This document shows positions 10,592 through 20,761 of a stretch of 64,000 nt of DNA, one piece after another (within the stretch, counting starts at the first letter, position 1; every line of letters starts with the position of its first letter). The translations under genes were made by a program, and so were the position numbers. This DNA is from Candidatus Poribacteria bacterium (lineage in GTDB: Bacteria > Poribacteria > WGA-4E > WGA-3G): positions 2,720,001-2,784,000 of the forward strand of contig OZ242029.1 in NCBI GenBank assembly GCA_965205015.1, in the 5' to 3' direction. The notes below the pieces were generated by a model, which did no database searches, was not told where the DNA came from, and worked only from the letters and a program-made list of their open reading frames with translations.

Positions 10592-11320
10592 TTAAAGCAT
10601 CGCTTCCATCCGTGCCGCGACCCAGTCCACAGCGACATCGATCATCGCTTGTCCCTTTTCGACTGACGCCAATTTTGCCTGATGGTGATATTCTCGGTCG
10701 GATTTCGCCTGTCCTGCATCTGATATGGTGAGTTTCGCGCTATCGTAATCGACACCGTTCCAATCAACATTTTCTGCGAAAGCAGCGAGAGCGAATGCCG
10801 TCTCGAATTCCGCCGCGTGTCCGGGGCAGACTCCAGATTCCATCTGCGCTTTGACCAGCTCTTCATCGTACGCTTCCCAATAGGAGTGAAATTCGATATT
10901 GATACCGAGTTTCTCCCGGTAGCCATCCAAACGCTGATGCACGGGACCGGCGTTTCCGGCATGTCCATTGACAATCAGGATATTGTCAATGCCATGTCGG
11001 CGCATACTGTCAGCGACGTCATAAAGCACTTCGCCAAAAACCTCCGGACGAAGCGTGAGCGTGCCTTTGTGATCCATCCAGTGTTCCGACACGCCGATCG
11101 CCAAAGGCGTTGTGACGATAACCCGTGGGAACAACTTCTCAGCCGCCAATTTGGAGACATACACCGCGCTTTGCGTATCGTGATACATCGCCAAATGTTC
11201 ATTGTGTTGCTCTGTGCTACCTGTTGGAATAATCGCGCCCTTGAGCGTGCCGGCATCAATGGCTTCTCGGACATATCGCCGTTGGTTTTCCCATAGTAGC
11301 ACGGATTTGATTTGAGACAT
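10592..11320 (-). CDS. Creatininase/amidohydrolase family protein
   Basis: PTGSTEQH, GVSEHW, VNGHAGN, GHAAEFET. Confidence 0.93.
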   Translation of the reverse strand: MSQIKSVLLWENQRRYVREAIDAGTLKGAIIPTGSTEQHNEHLAMYHDTQSAVYVSKLAAEKLFPRVIVTTPLAIGVSEHWMDHKGTLTLRPEVFGEVLYDVADSMRRHGIDNILIVNGHAGNAGPVHQRLDGYREKLGINIEFHSYWEAYDEELVKAQMESGVCPGHAAEFETAFALAAFAENVDWNGVDYDSAKLTISDAGQAKSDREYHHQAKLASVEKGQAMIDVAVDWVAARMEAML

Positions 11321-11333
11321 TATTTAACCTCCA

Positions 11334-12368
11334 TTATTGCCGCAGAACGCCACACGTATCAAGTGTGTCTCGGATCGCTACAATTCCATCTTCCATCGAT
11401 TCCCGGTCTGGCGGTAGATAGTCTTGCAAGCTCTCCCAGTCATAGTCGTTCTGTTCTGTGTCCTTATTTTTAAACAAAATTTTAGTGCTGTAATCTCGGA
11501 TTTCGTTGAGCGTCCATTCGTAGATATAGAAACCGAAAATGTCCGCATGTAGAGAGACATCACTCTGTATCTCCCTGAGATACGCTTCCAAAACGACTTC
11601 GAACCGTTCACCTGTGAAAGAGACTAAATCTTTTTCAGGTGGACCGAAGCAGACGCCATCCCAATCGATCAAATGCAGTCGGTTTTCGGTATCCAAAATG
11701 AGATTGCCCGGGGTTGGATCGCCGTGTGTAACCACAAAAGATGTTTGTGATGCCGCCGCGGCGCGTCCTAATTCATCGTATCTATCCATTGTTTCTAAAA
11801 TCGAAGATTGGTGTGTTGCGAGTGCCTCAAGCAGTTGCTTTTGGTATTGATTCTGAGAAGGGATCTTTTTCGTAGAAGACTCAAGTGCGGCGTAAAGTTC
11901 ATTTCGTAACGGCAAATCATACTTCGCTACCGGGAGACAACTCGGATCAATCATGTCTATGGAACGATGGAGTATGGCTAAAAGTGCTGCCGTCTGACTG
12001 AGTTCGGCATCAGTAAAATCTTTTCCAACTTTCCACAAATCCCACCGGCTTTTACCCTCAATGAACGGAAACAGCGCGACGCTAAAGTCGTGCCACTGGA
12101 TGCTCAGCGTGAGATCTCGCGTTTTCAAGGGTGCGACAACGCCAGGTACGTCGCATCGGTCCTGCAGAAGTGCCGCAATCCGCAAGGAGGTATACGGGAT
12201 GGAAATAAACACTTTGGCAAAATACTTCTCGCCGGTTTCGGATACCAGGATGTAGCCGTAACTGTCCTCGCCTTCAGGAAAAAAGGTGATGGACTGCAAG
12301 GGCAGCGCGTAGGCAGTCTTGAGGTGTTGTAGTAATTCCGTTTTATCAAAGGTGTTGTCAACTTTCAT
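11334..12368 (-). CDS. Aminoglycoside phosphotransferase (APH) family kinase
   Basis: THGDPTPGNL and IDWD kinase motifs; probable ATG at 12368 overlapping the upstream stop. Confidence 0.85.
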   Translation of the reverse strand: MKVDNTFDKTELLQHLKTAYALPLQSITFFPEGEDSYGYILVSETGEKYFAKVFISIPYTSLRIAALLQDRCDVPGVVAPLKTRDLTLSIQWHDFSVALFPFIEGKSRWDLWKVGKDFTDAELSQTAALLAILHRSIDMIDPSCLPVAKYDLPLRNELYAALESSTKKIPSQNQYQKQLLEALATHQSSILETMDRYDELGRAAAASQTSFVVTHGDPTPGNLILDTENRLHLIDWDGVCFGPPEKDLVSFTGERFEVVLEAYLREIQSDVSLHADIFGFYIYEWTLNEIRDYSTKILFKNKDTEQNDYDWESLQDYLPPDRESMEDGIVAIRDTLDTCGVLRQ

Positions 12369-12677
12369 ATCTGAATCTCTTGAAGTAACTGTCAATTTCA
12401 TCCCTTAACTCAATACCTGCCATTTCAAAGGCATCCAATAGAGCTGCGTAAGTTCCTTCTCCACCGATAAAATTCCAGAGTTCTTCTGCTATCAAAATAT
12501 CATCCTGTAGATCTAACATTCCTCTCATTGTCCACCGTTTGTACGGTTCTGGTTCGTAAGGATTATAGGGGATGCCAATCAAGGCATATAGCGTGTCTCG
12601 GGACTATAGGACTGGAATTTAGCACGCATACACTCCTTAATTTTCTCTTTAATCATCGTCTGTCGTTGTGAGGACAT
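12358..12677 (-). pseudogene. TdeIII-family type II restriction endonuclease with internal deletion
   Basis: N-terminal piece MSSQRQTMIKEKIKECMRAKFQSYSPETRYMP* joined out of frame to C-terminal ALIGIPYNPYEPEPYKRWTMRGMLDL...LWNFIGGEGTY. Confidence 0.8.
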
Positions 12678-12680
12678 TCA

Positions 12681-14255
12681 TCAATTCCTTTTCTCTTTCA
12701 AGTGGAATATTGTTTCGGAATATGCTGATTCTCGATTCTTTTCTGTCCGATTCAAAACAGGACGCTTGTGTTGATGGATGATACACATCCCCGCCTTTTC
12801 TGCGATAGTTGGATACATATTAAACTTATCGTTTGCAACGATAAAAACATCGTAATCATCAGTTAGAAACCGCTTACAGTTCTTGAAAACTTCTGCTACG
12901 CCGTGAATGTATGATTCTCTCGCCTCGCGTCCTTTTCCTCTAAACAAGGGACCAATTTCTAATTCATCTAACCTTTTGAAACCAAAGAGATCATAGGCAT
13001 AAGCGTGCTGCTCATGGTAGTTGATAAGTCCAACATAGGGAGGACTTGTAAAGATACCTTTAATTCTTTGTTTTTGGGCAATCTCTGCGAATTGTGGATC
13101 TATGTGTTTCAACATCGTGAGGATGTCAATCGTTCGTGAATCACCCGTTAGACAGTGTTGAAAGGTGTCCGTTTTTAATTTACCGAACTCCACCCATCGT
13201 TGTACGCTATCTCTACAGTATCGCTCCCACCAGCTGAGGATTGAAAAGAGCGGTTTGCAGACTTTTCCATGTTTTCGGCAATAATATGTTGTTGTCACGG
13301 GTTTCCGTAGCGTGCCTAAATCTGCGTGTGTCGTCGCTCGGCACGAGCGAATCGTCCGGCTTAATATTAACATCAAGGCGTTTTGTATTGAAGGGTCTTC
13401 TACTCTTCTAATCAAACTATAGACGAGATCAATCTCGGCTCTAACTCCCGGAAGATACCACCGCTTCATAAAGCGAGTGGAATCAACTGGCATCTGTATC
13501 TCAATTTGGTACTCGGCAACAAGTTTATGATAGGTTTCTAAAAAAGCGGCTTCCTTCTCAGCGCCGTACTGCTTTTGATTGATTTCACCTGCTCTGACTC
13601 GGCGTTTAAAAGAAATTGGAAAGTATTGATTATTGAAGTCTGTAAGTTTTTCTGCGAGTTTAGCCTCAAATTCGGCTATTCCAGATGTAGCGACAAAATT
13701 TTTGAGGGCTGCCGTGATTTTCTGGCTTTCCTCATACAAACGCGTCAAATTATATGCTGTCACCTTGGCGTTGCCAATAAAAGCATTAAACGCCGAAACA
13801 TCAATACCAATTGCGTGCATCCCAAGTTCGTTGGCTTGAACCAAAGTCGTCCCACTCCCACAGAACGGATCAAGCACAATATCACCCGGTTGAAAATAGA
13901 CATCCCGTTTAAATTTGTCGGTATGAGCGCCCAAAAAATAGGCTACGAGTTGCGGGATGAATTTGCCTTTATAGGGATGCAACCGGTGAACATGCTTTGT
14001 TGTTTCTGCCTCTTTGACTTTTTCAAAGGATAGCGTCCAGTTCAGGTCATCACCCAGTTCGTCTTTCCACTGTGTTTCACGGTGGTTTAGACTATAATAC
14101 TTCTCAAGACTTTGCACCGGAATCAACGTTGACCCTTTATCTGCAACAGATTCAATCCTGCCATACTGGATTAAATATGTAATATTCGCAGGCGTAACGT
14201 TTTTATTTAGGTGCTTTGAAGCCCATTGGCTTGCCTGTTTAAGTGTAAAAAGCAT
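12681..14255 (-). CDS. Site-specific amino-methyltransferase (SPPY, likely m4C), partner of the TdeIII-family pseudogene
   Basis: HRLHPYKGKFIPQL, VLDPFCGSGTT, TSPPY; N-terminal HTH-like segment. Confidence 0.9.
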   Translation of the reverse strand: MLFTLKQASQWASKHLNKNVTPANITYLIQYGRIESVADKGSTLIPVQSLEKYYSLNHRETQWKDELGDDLNWTLSFEKVKEAETTKHVHRLHPYKGKFIPQLVAYFLGAHTDKFKRDVYFQPGDIVLDPFCGSGTTLVQANELGMHAIGIDVSAFNAFIGNAKVTAYNLTRLYEESQKITAALKNFVATSGIAEFEAKLAEKLTDFNNQYFPISFKRRVRAGEINQKQYGAEKEAAFLETYHKLVAEYQIEIQMPVDSTRFMKRWYLPGVRAEIDLVYSLIRRVEDPSIQNALMLILSRTIRSCRATTHADLGTLRKPVTTTYYCRKHGKVCKPLFSILSWWERYCRDSVQRWVEFGKLKTDTFQHCLTGDSRTIDILTMLKHIDPQFAEIAQKQRIKGIFTSPPYVGLINYHEQHAYAYDLFGFKRLDELEIGPLFRGKGREARESYIHGVAEVFKNCKRFLTDDYDVFIVANDKFNMYPTIAEKAGMCIIHQHKRPVLNRTEKNRESAYSETIFHLKEKRN

Positions 14256-14337
14256 TTTACCTGTATTGCCCTTGTGCTGATACTTTTTGATAGAAAACGA
14301 GTTTACGTCTGTGTGATGGGTATTACGGCAGACTTGT

Positions 14338-14796
14338 TCAATCTGCGGGAGGCGACTCCACTTTCTGAAGAACTACCTTGCTGTCGCTCTCCAACTTCAA
14401 GGATTCAGCGATATTTCCCATGTTAATCGCAATCTTGAACTGATGCGTAGAAGTCGAAAACCGTCCTAAATAATCTCCCTCAGGCACATCTCCATAGTTT
14501 TCAACGAATTTAATCTGAATTGTTTGACCTGTTGCAAACGTTGCTTCAAGCGTGTCCCCAAGTTCCCAACCGCGTTCGGTGAATGGAGCGATGTAGAGGT
14601 CAGTGACAGCGTTGCCGTGGTCGTCGATTTCGACAATTGTCCCGGAGAGCGATGTCGTTTGTTCGATCTCTGGTGCACTCGTTTTTTGACTGCATCCGAT
14701 AAGGAGTGCTATCGTCATGAAAAGGACTATGAACACTAATTTTGAATAATGTGGACAGGATTGATCGTGGAATTTCATTCTGGTGTATACCTCCAT
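14338..14796 (-). CDS. Lipoprotein with a stand-alone SAM hydroxide/halide adenosyltransferase C-terminal domain
   Basis: Lipobox LLIGC; GTIVEIDDHGNAVT, YGDVPEG, KIAINMGN. Confidence 0.75.
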   Translation of the reverse strand: MEVYTRMKFHDQSCPHYSKLVFIVLFMTIALLIGCSQKTSAPEIEQTTSLSGTIVEIDDHGNAVTDLYIAPFTERGWELGDTLEATFATGQTIQIKFVENYGDVPEGDYLGRFSTSTHQFKIAINMGNIAESLKLESDSKVVLQKVESPPAD

Positions 14797-14969
14797 GCGT
14801 TTTTTAGAAACTGCCTTAAGTATAAAGTATAGTGGAAAGGTAGGCGAATGTCAAGGAAAAGAAAAAAAGATTTCAAAGGAATTTCGTTTGACGCCTAAGT
14901 GGATTTGTGCTATTCTCTTTTCGGCATGGTTTCCTGTAAAACATGCGATAATAAATCAGTGTCAAGGAG

Positions 14970-16097
14970 ATGAATATGTCTAAAAAAATGAGTTTTTGTG
15001 CTAAGTTTTCAAAATCTGTAAATGCCGCTAAAATTGTGCTTCTGTTATTCGGGATACTGTTGAGCCTTTCGGGCTGTGAGAAGATAACGCCACCGATGTT
15101 ACCAGAGGTCAGCACTCCAGATACGGAGCCCCTCACAGTGATGACTTACAACGTCTACGTGGGTGCGAATATGGAATCGCTTTTAGGGATAACAAATCTT
15201 GTGGAAGTTCCCGGGGCGGTTGCCGAGGTTTACGCGGCGTTCCAGGCGACAGATTTTCCGGGACGGGCTGTAGGCATTGCGAGTGCTATAAAGGCGGATC
15301 AGCCACACATCATCGGACTTCAGGAGATTGCGTTGATACGCACACAAAGTCCGGGAGACCGGCTCACAGGCGGAGAACCCGCTGAAGAGGTCGTCCTTGA
15401 TTTTCTCGAAATTTTGATGGCTGCCCTTCAAGCAGAGGGCTTAAACTATCAGGTCGCTGCGAAGGTCCAAAATTTTGATGTCGAAATGCCGATGAGTGCA
15501 GAGGGATCCTTCGTCAACTATGATGATGTCCGCTTGACCGATTTCGATGTGATTCTCACACGAGCGGATGTTACCGTCTCACGTCCCACCACAGTCAATT
15601 ATACAAATATCTTTTCAGTGGAAGCCCTTTTCATTGAAGTCCAAAGAGGTTATGTCGCAATAGATGCCACCGTCTCTGGAAACACATATCGCGTTGTCAA
15701 CACGCACTTAGAGTCTTTCGTGCAGGATGTTCGGGTTGCACAAATGCAAGAACTGATAACCGACCTTGACAGCGAAACGTTGCCGATGCTTTTGTTAGGA
15801 GATTTCAATACACCCGCTCCCGACGGCACGGCTTATCAGATGTTGGTCTCCGCGGGGTATGTGGACGTGTGGCAGATGGATTCTGAAGGCACCGGCTACA
15901 CCTGTTGTCAGGCAAAGGAACTGCAGAATGAGATAAGTGAACACTGGAAGCGGATCGATCAGATTTTTGTCCGAAATTTGGAACTTCCGACTTCTGTCAT
16001 GACATACACCGTAGGGGATACCCCTTCAGAACGGTTGCCTTCCGGGTTATGGCCCTCCGACCACGCCGGAGTCGTCGCACATCTCGCGTTTGAGTAG
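14970..16097 (+). CDS. Endonuclease/exonuclease/phosphatase family lipoprotein
   Basis: LSGC lipobox; VMTYN, GLQE, NTHL, GDFN, RIDQIF, SDH. Confidence 0.92.
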   Translation: MNMSKKMSFCAKFSKSVNAAKIVLLLFGILLSLSGCEKITPPMLPEVSTPDTEPLTVMTYNVYVGANMESLLGITNLVEVPGAVAEVYAAFQATDFPGRAVGIASAIKADQPHIIGLQEIALIRTQSPGDRLTGGEPAEEVVLDFLEILMAALQAEGLNYQVAAKVQNFDVEMPMSAEGSFVNYDDVRLTDFDVILTRADVTVSRPTTVNYTNIFSVEALFIEVQRGYVAIDATVSGNTYRVVNTHLESFVQDVRVAQMQELITDLDSETLPMLLLGDFNTPAPDGTAYQMLVSAGYVDVWQMDSEGTGYTCCQAKELQNEISEHWKRIDQIFVRNLELPTSVMTYTVGDTPSERLPSGLWPSDHAGVVAHLAFE

Positions 16098-16127
16098 TCC
16101 GACATCGTTTGACTGCCTAAAAAAGTG

Positions 16128-16170
16128 AAGCGCGCGGCGATGGAATCTGAAAATCCATCGCCGCGCGCTT
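16128..16170. terminator. Probable bidirectional intrinsic terminator
   Basis: 17-bp perfect stem AAGCGCGCGGCGATGGA/TCCATCGCCGCGCGCTT between convergent genes. Confidence 0.75.
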
Positions 16171-16218
16171 TCTGTTTCATCGAGGACATTTCTACTTGAA
16201 AACTTTGAGCGTGCCGTT

Positions 16219-17376
16219 TTACTTGGGGTAGGGATAGACACTGCCATCTTCACCTCGGACCACGACTGCGCTGTTGTTAGACTCGCGCTTTTGTCCATTA
16301 TCATTTGCCTTGAAATGAGAAATGACGGTCGCCCCCTGATAATCTGTGATGTTAGCAATCGCGTCGCGAACCGCTCCGGGTTCCGTTGATTGCGCATTTT
16401 CGATGCCTTGGGCAAGTAACCGCACTGCATCGTAGCCACCCGCGGCAACACCACCCGCAGATGTTCCAGGGAACGTAGCCTCGAATGCAGAAACGAATTC
16501 TGCCGCCTGGGTCCGATGGAAGTTGCTACAGTGGTAGGAATTTGTGAGCAGAGACTTATCCGCTATCTCCGTATGCAGGGGTGCGACATCCCAACCGTCG
16601 CTGCCAATAAAGGTGGATGTAATCTCCATTGCTCTCGCTTGCTCCATGATCAAAGGGACCTCTGGCGGGAAACTGGCGAGAAAAAGGACATCTGGGTTCA
16701 CGGCTTTGATGCGCTCAAGTTGCGCGTCAAACATTGTATCACCGGGCTCATAGACCTCCTCGGCAACAACACTGCCACCGCGTTTCATGAAATTGGCACT
16801 GAATTCTTCAACAAAACCGCCAGAATAGACATCCTGATTCTGCCAAATTATCCCTGCCGTTTTCGCGCCAAGTTCATCTACTGCAAAATTTGCCATGAGT
16901 TCTGCCTGTAACGCATTGGAAGCACCAACGATAAAGATGAAATCGCCCGTTTCCGTCACATCTTTACCTGTTGCCCCTGCAAGCACTGGAATCGTGGCAA
17001 CGGGACCGACCTTCACAGCATGGCTTGAAAACAGGGGACCTATAATCCCAACAACGTCTCCCATCTCAGCGAAGTCTGTTGCAGTCTGAGCAACTGTATC
17101 CGTCATCTCCTCTTTAATAACGAATTCCAGCTGCCTTCCGAGGACCCCACCCGCGGCATTGATCTGTTGCTGGGCAAGCTCAGCCCCTTGGGTGAAATCG
17201 GTATAATCCGGCTGGCGAATCAGTCCCACTTTAAGTGTGGGCATGGTATCAGTATCAGGTGGCGTGACCATCTCCTCGGTCATCCCCATATCACGCATCC
17301 GTTCACACCCGGATAAAAACGCAACCGAAAGTGAAAGCAGGACGCACAGCGTCACTATAAAAATTTTTGAGTTCAT
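16219..17376 (-). CDS. ABC transporter substrate-binding lipoprotein (LivJ/K-like)
   Basis: Start at 17376 (MNSKIF, AAGGAG RBS, LSGC lipobox); INAAGGVLGR, GSDGW, YDAV. The longer ORF call runs into a MITE. Confidence 0.9.
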   Translation of the reverse strand: MNSKIFIVTLCVLLSLSVAFLSGCERMRDMGMTEEMVTPPDTDTMPTLKVGLIRQPDYTDFTQGAELAQQQINAAGGVLGRQLEFVIKEEMTDTVAQTATDFAEMGDVVGIIGPLFSSHAVKVGPVATIPVLAGATGKDVTETGDFIFIVGASNALQAELMANFAVDELGAKTAGIIWQNQDVYSGGFVEEFSANFMKRGGSVVAEEVYEPGDTMFDAQLERIKAVNPDVLFLASFPPEVPLIMEQARAMEITSTFIGSDGWDVAPLHTEIADKSLLTNSYHCSNFHRTQAAEFVSAFEATFPGTSAGGVAAGGYDAVRLLAQGIENAQSTEPGAVRDAIANITDYQGATVISHFKANDNGQKRESNNSAVVVRGEDGSVYPYPK

Positions 17377-17423
17377 AAGATTCTCCTTTAATAGTAGTAG
17401 GCACACGCCGTGTGCCGGAACTT

Positions 17424-17542
17424 TATAGTAAAACCCGTAATTACTTATACACCAACACAAGGGCGAGGATACAATCCTCGCCAGCGGTGGTGGGGTGTTT
17501 GTTCCCTGACGAACTGTAAACATATTTTTGGATTTTACTATA
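17424..17542. mobile_element. Correia-like MITE with an internal REP-like hairpin
   Basis: Ends TATAGTAAAACCC / GGATTTTACTATA; internal GGCGAGGAT-ACA-ATCCTCGCC; ends related to 57181-57305. Confidence 0.7.
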
Positions 17543-17546
17543 ATAG

Positions 17547-17652
17547 TAACTCAAGTTACCACCTTTATAGCATCATCTGTTAGATTGTGCCTGTGAGGAC
17601 GCGGAAAGGTGGTGTTTGCATACCTAAAATCTATAAGTAGCAACTTGGGTTA
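17547..17652. mobile_element. Second MITE-like element
   Basis: Imperfect terminal inverted repeats TAACTCAAGTTACCAC..TATAG / CTATAAGTAGCAACTTGGGTTA. Confidence 0.55.
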
Positions 17653-17683
17653 ATATAGCACAAAATAGGGGTTAGGAAAAATA

Positions 17684-20656
17684 TTAATTCCGCGCTTCAG
17701 GCGTAACAGTCAACGCCACTTGCTCCCCATCTCGAATAACAACAACTTCGACGGGTTCTCCAATTTTCACAGCATCGAGGGCATAGGTGTAATCGTAAAT
17801 GTTAGCGATCTTCTGTCCGCCAAATTCGACGATAACATCGCCACCCTTCAAACCGGCTTTATCGGCAGGACCCCCAGCGCGAACGCCGGAGAGTTTAACA
17901 CCAGTGCCTTCCGTTGTATAGTCGGGAATCGTGCCAAGATAGGCACGCAACGTATCGCGACTCCCACCCTCTGGCTGGCTCCGTTCGACCTGGACGTATT
18001 CTGGACGTTCAGGGATACTAATGACGTCTAAAACAATACCGTGCGCTAATTGAGAGATCCGATCAAGTCCGTCATAATTGAGGGTTTCTATATCATCCGT
18101 TGGACGGTTATAGTCTTCGTGTCCACCGGTGAAGAAGCTAAGCACTGGTACCTCTTTCGGATAAAAAGCCGTCACGTCCGTTGGTAGATACGGATCGGTT
18201 TGTAATGTTAGATTGAAACCGATAGGAACATTCCGCTTTTCAATGAGTTTCGTCCACACAGATGACGAACCGACCCCTTGCAAGATGAGGTTGTTGTCAC
18301 GGAGTCGTCCCACCATATCGAAGTTGACATACGCTACCACTTTATCTAAGGGAACGATTGGATGGTTAACAAAGTGGGTGGATCCGATGAGTCCGAGTTC
18401 CTCTCCCGACCAGAGTGCGAAAATAACGCCTCTGTTAAATTTTTCGGGATATGCTTTGGACGCTTCACTGAGGGTCCTCGCCAATTCTAAAACGACAGCA
18501 GTACCGGAGGCGTTATCATCTGCCCCGTTGTGAATCTGCCCTGCTTCGTCCTTCCCCGCGAGGGAACCGATTTCGCCGTAGCCGATATGATCGTAGTGCG
18601 CGCCGACAACGACGTACTCGGTGTCATCCGTTAATTGCGGCGGTGGGAGCAGCGCGATGACATTCTGATCGGTTTTCTTAACCTTCTCAACCGAAACGAC
18701 GATTTTGACTTTGACATCGGGTAACGGAAATTGTCCAAGGAAGTGTGGGTTTTCCACGTCAAGCCCTGATTGCACTGTTTTTAAATCCTTGCCAGATGGT
18801 GCAAAAAGCGCATTCGCGACGGTATCACTAATTGACGCAGCGACAATGCCAGAGTCTGCGAGGCTACTGTCGAAGTCGAGAGGGATCAATTGACCCGCAT
18901 TTGGAGAGTTCGGACCGGCGACGACGAGAAACGCCTGTGCGCCGTGCTCCCGTGCTTGCATCGCCTTGTATCGGAGCCCCGCATACCGATTCAGTTGTTG
19001 ACGGCGTTCGGGTTCAACTTCTTCAGGGACATAACGGAGGGCGACGACAATTTTGTCCTTCACATCTAACCCTGCATAAGCGTCATACCCTTCACCTAAC
19101 TCGCCGGGGACGGTTAACCCGTATCCAACAAAGACGACTTCGCCTTCAACGACACCGTTACGGGAGAAAGAGAGCGGCTGAAAATCTTGTTCTACGCTGA
19201 ATTCTAATGCCTGTTCAGCACCATGTACCTGACGTGTAATGTAGAACCGATTTTCCTCAGATATAATCTTCCGCCCCGCAGTGAACTCAAATTCTTGTCC
19301 AAATCCTCGTAGGTGACTCACTTCATCACCGACAGACTTGAGAGCAAGTTCTTCAAATTGGGTGGCGATATGCGCTGCTGCGCGTTTCGCGCCTGCTGAA
19401 CCCGTCATTCTACCTTCAAGGGCATCGTCTGCCAGAAATTCAATATGTTGACGGATACTCGTTTTTTTAGAAGGTTTCGAGTTGGAAACCGTTTGGACGG
19501 AAGGCACAAATGAATTGGGATTCCTTGGTGACGAGATAACAGCATTCAGGGCAGCTTCATGATTCCAGTCGGCAAGGTAAAGTTGCGAAACCTCTTGACT
19601 GTTCCGATTCGAGGTCCAGCACAAACGGCTGCCGTCTGGTGAAAAGACAGGTAGCCCGTCAAATCCATCGGTTGTGGTAACACGAACCGGTTCGTGTCTA
19701 CCTCTCCCATCGACGAGATATAGCTCAAAGTTAGAGAATCCAAGTTTGTTAGAGGCGAAGATAACATACGCACCGCTCGGGTGGAAGTAGGGTGCCCAAG
19801 ACATGCTATTGAAATCGGTGAGTCGCCGCACACTTGAGCCATCTGTCCGCATTGTGTAGATGTCGGCTTCGCTGCCGTCAGGTGTAAAGTGTCGCCAGAC
19901 GATGTGCTGCCCATCGGGTGTAAAGAAGGGACCCCCATCATAGCCCGGAGAATCCGTCAGTTGAATTTGGTCGGAGCCGTCGGCGTTCATGATATAAATT
20001 TCGCCGAAATAGGCAGGATCGACTTCCAACTGTTTCAGGTCCTTTGGGGAGAGTTGACTTTTGGGGTATGCGTTCCGCAGTGAACAGAAAACGATACGTT
20101 TGCCGTCAGGCGAATAGGAGGCTTCAGCGTCGTAGCCGGGCGCGTCTGTCAGTTGTTTGAGGTTACTTCCGTCTCGGTTTGCCGAGAAGATGTCCATCTT
20201 TTCATCGTAATCCCAACTGTAGCGTCTCTCTTTTCCCGATGCCCGGAATTTCAGCTCCTCTTCCTGTTTCGCTTCCGCAAAGGCATCGTGGTGGGTCGAC
20301 GCATAAAGCACTTCATCCGTCCCTGGACGGAAGAACGCACACGTTGTCTTCCCTACACCCGTTGAGACGCGGTGTGTATCCCCTGTTAGTAAGTCTAAAA
20401 GATAGATTTGATAGAACGGGTTATCCGATTCGCGTTCACTTTGGAAGATGAGTGCGTTGCCGTCTTCAGAGAAATACCCCTCGCCGGCGCGTTTTCCATC
20501 ATAAGTGAGTTGTCGGATATTGCTGAGAAATTGGGACTCGTCGGCAGAGCTTGCGTCTGTTCCATCTGACGGCGCGTGCTGTGCTTGCACCTCGTCTGTT
20601 AGGAAAACAGCAAAGAATATCGCGCAGGAAAAAACGAGCCATTTGATATAGCGCAT
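17684..20656 (-). CDS. Secreted peptidase: PD40/TolB-like propeller + PA + M28 + PDZ
   Basis: Signal peptide; SPDG repeats; VGAHYDH, NGADDNASG, SGEELGLIGS, NFDMVG; PDZ motif GPADKAGLKGGD. Confidence 0.93.
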   Translation of the reverse strand: MRYIKWLVFSCAIFFAVFLTDEVQAQHAPSDGTDASSADESQFLSNIRQLTYDGKRAGEGYFSEDGNALIFQSERESDNPFYQIYLLDLLTGDTHRVSTGVGKTTCAFFRPGTDEVLYASTHHDAFAEAKQEEELKFRASGKERRYSWDYDEKMDIFSANRDGSNLKQLTDAPGYDAEASYSPDGKRIVFCSLRNAYPKSQLSPKDLKQLEVDPAYFGEIYIMNADGSDQIQLTDSPGYDGGPFFTPDGQHIVWRHFTPDGSEADIYTMRTDGSSVRRLTDFNSMSWAPYFHPSGAYVIFASNKLGFSNFELYLVDGRGRHEPVRVTTTDGFDGLPVFSPDGSRLCWTSNRNSQEVSQLYLADWNHEAALNAVISSPRNPNSFVPSVQTVSNSKPSKKTSIRQHIEFLADDALEGRMTGSAGAKRAAAHIATQFEELALKSVGDEVSHLRGFGQEFEFTAGRKIISEENRFYITRQVHGAEQALEFSVEQDFQPLSFSRNGVVEGEVVFVGYGLTVPGELGEGYDAYAGLDVKDKIVVALRYVPEEVEPERRQQLNRYAGLRYKAMQAREHGAQAFLVVAGPNSPNAGQLIPLDFDSSLADSGIVAASISDTVANALFAPSGKDLKTVQSGLDVENPHFLGQFPLPDVKVKIVVSVEKVKKTDQNVIALLPPPQLTDDTEYVVVGAHYDHIGYGEIGSLAGKDEAGQIHNGADDNASGTAVVLELARTLSEASKAYPEKFNRGVIFALWSGEELGLIGSTHFVNHPIVPLDKVVAYVNFDMVGRLRDNNLILQGVGSSSVWTKLIEKRNVPIGFNLTLQTDPYLPTDVTAFYPKEVPVLSFFTGGHEDYNRPTDDIETLNYDGLDRISQLAHGIVLDVISIPERPEYVQVERSQPEGGSRDTLRAYLGTIPDYTTEGTGVKLSGVRAGGPADKAGLKGGDVIVEFGGQKIANIYDYTYALDAVKIGEPVEVVVIRDGEQVALTVTPEARN

Positions 20657-20761
20657 CTCAATCCCTCCGATTGTGGTATGACCTTCTCATAAACGTGCGA
20701 TAATGCCCTTCGCATTTGGACGCGTACGCCGCAAAATCGCACGGCTACAAACAGGTTGATG

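Noticed and set aside
11334-12368. Antibiotic resistance gene call
   Set aside because: The kinase motifs place it only in the broad APH/choline kinase family; substrate cannot be inferred from sequence.
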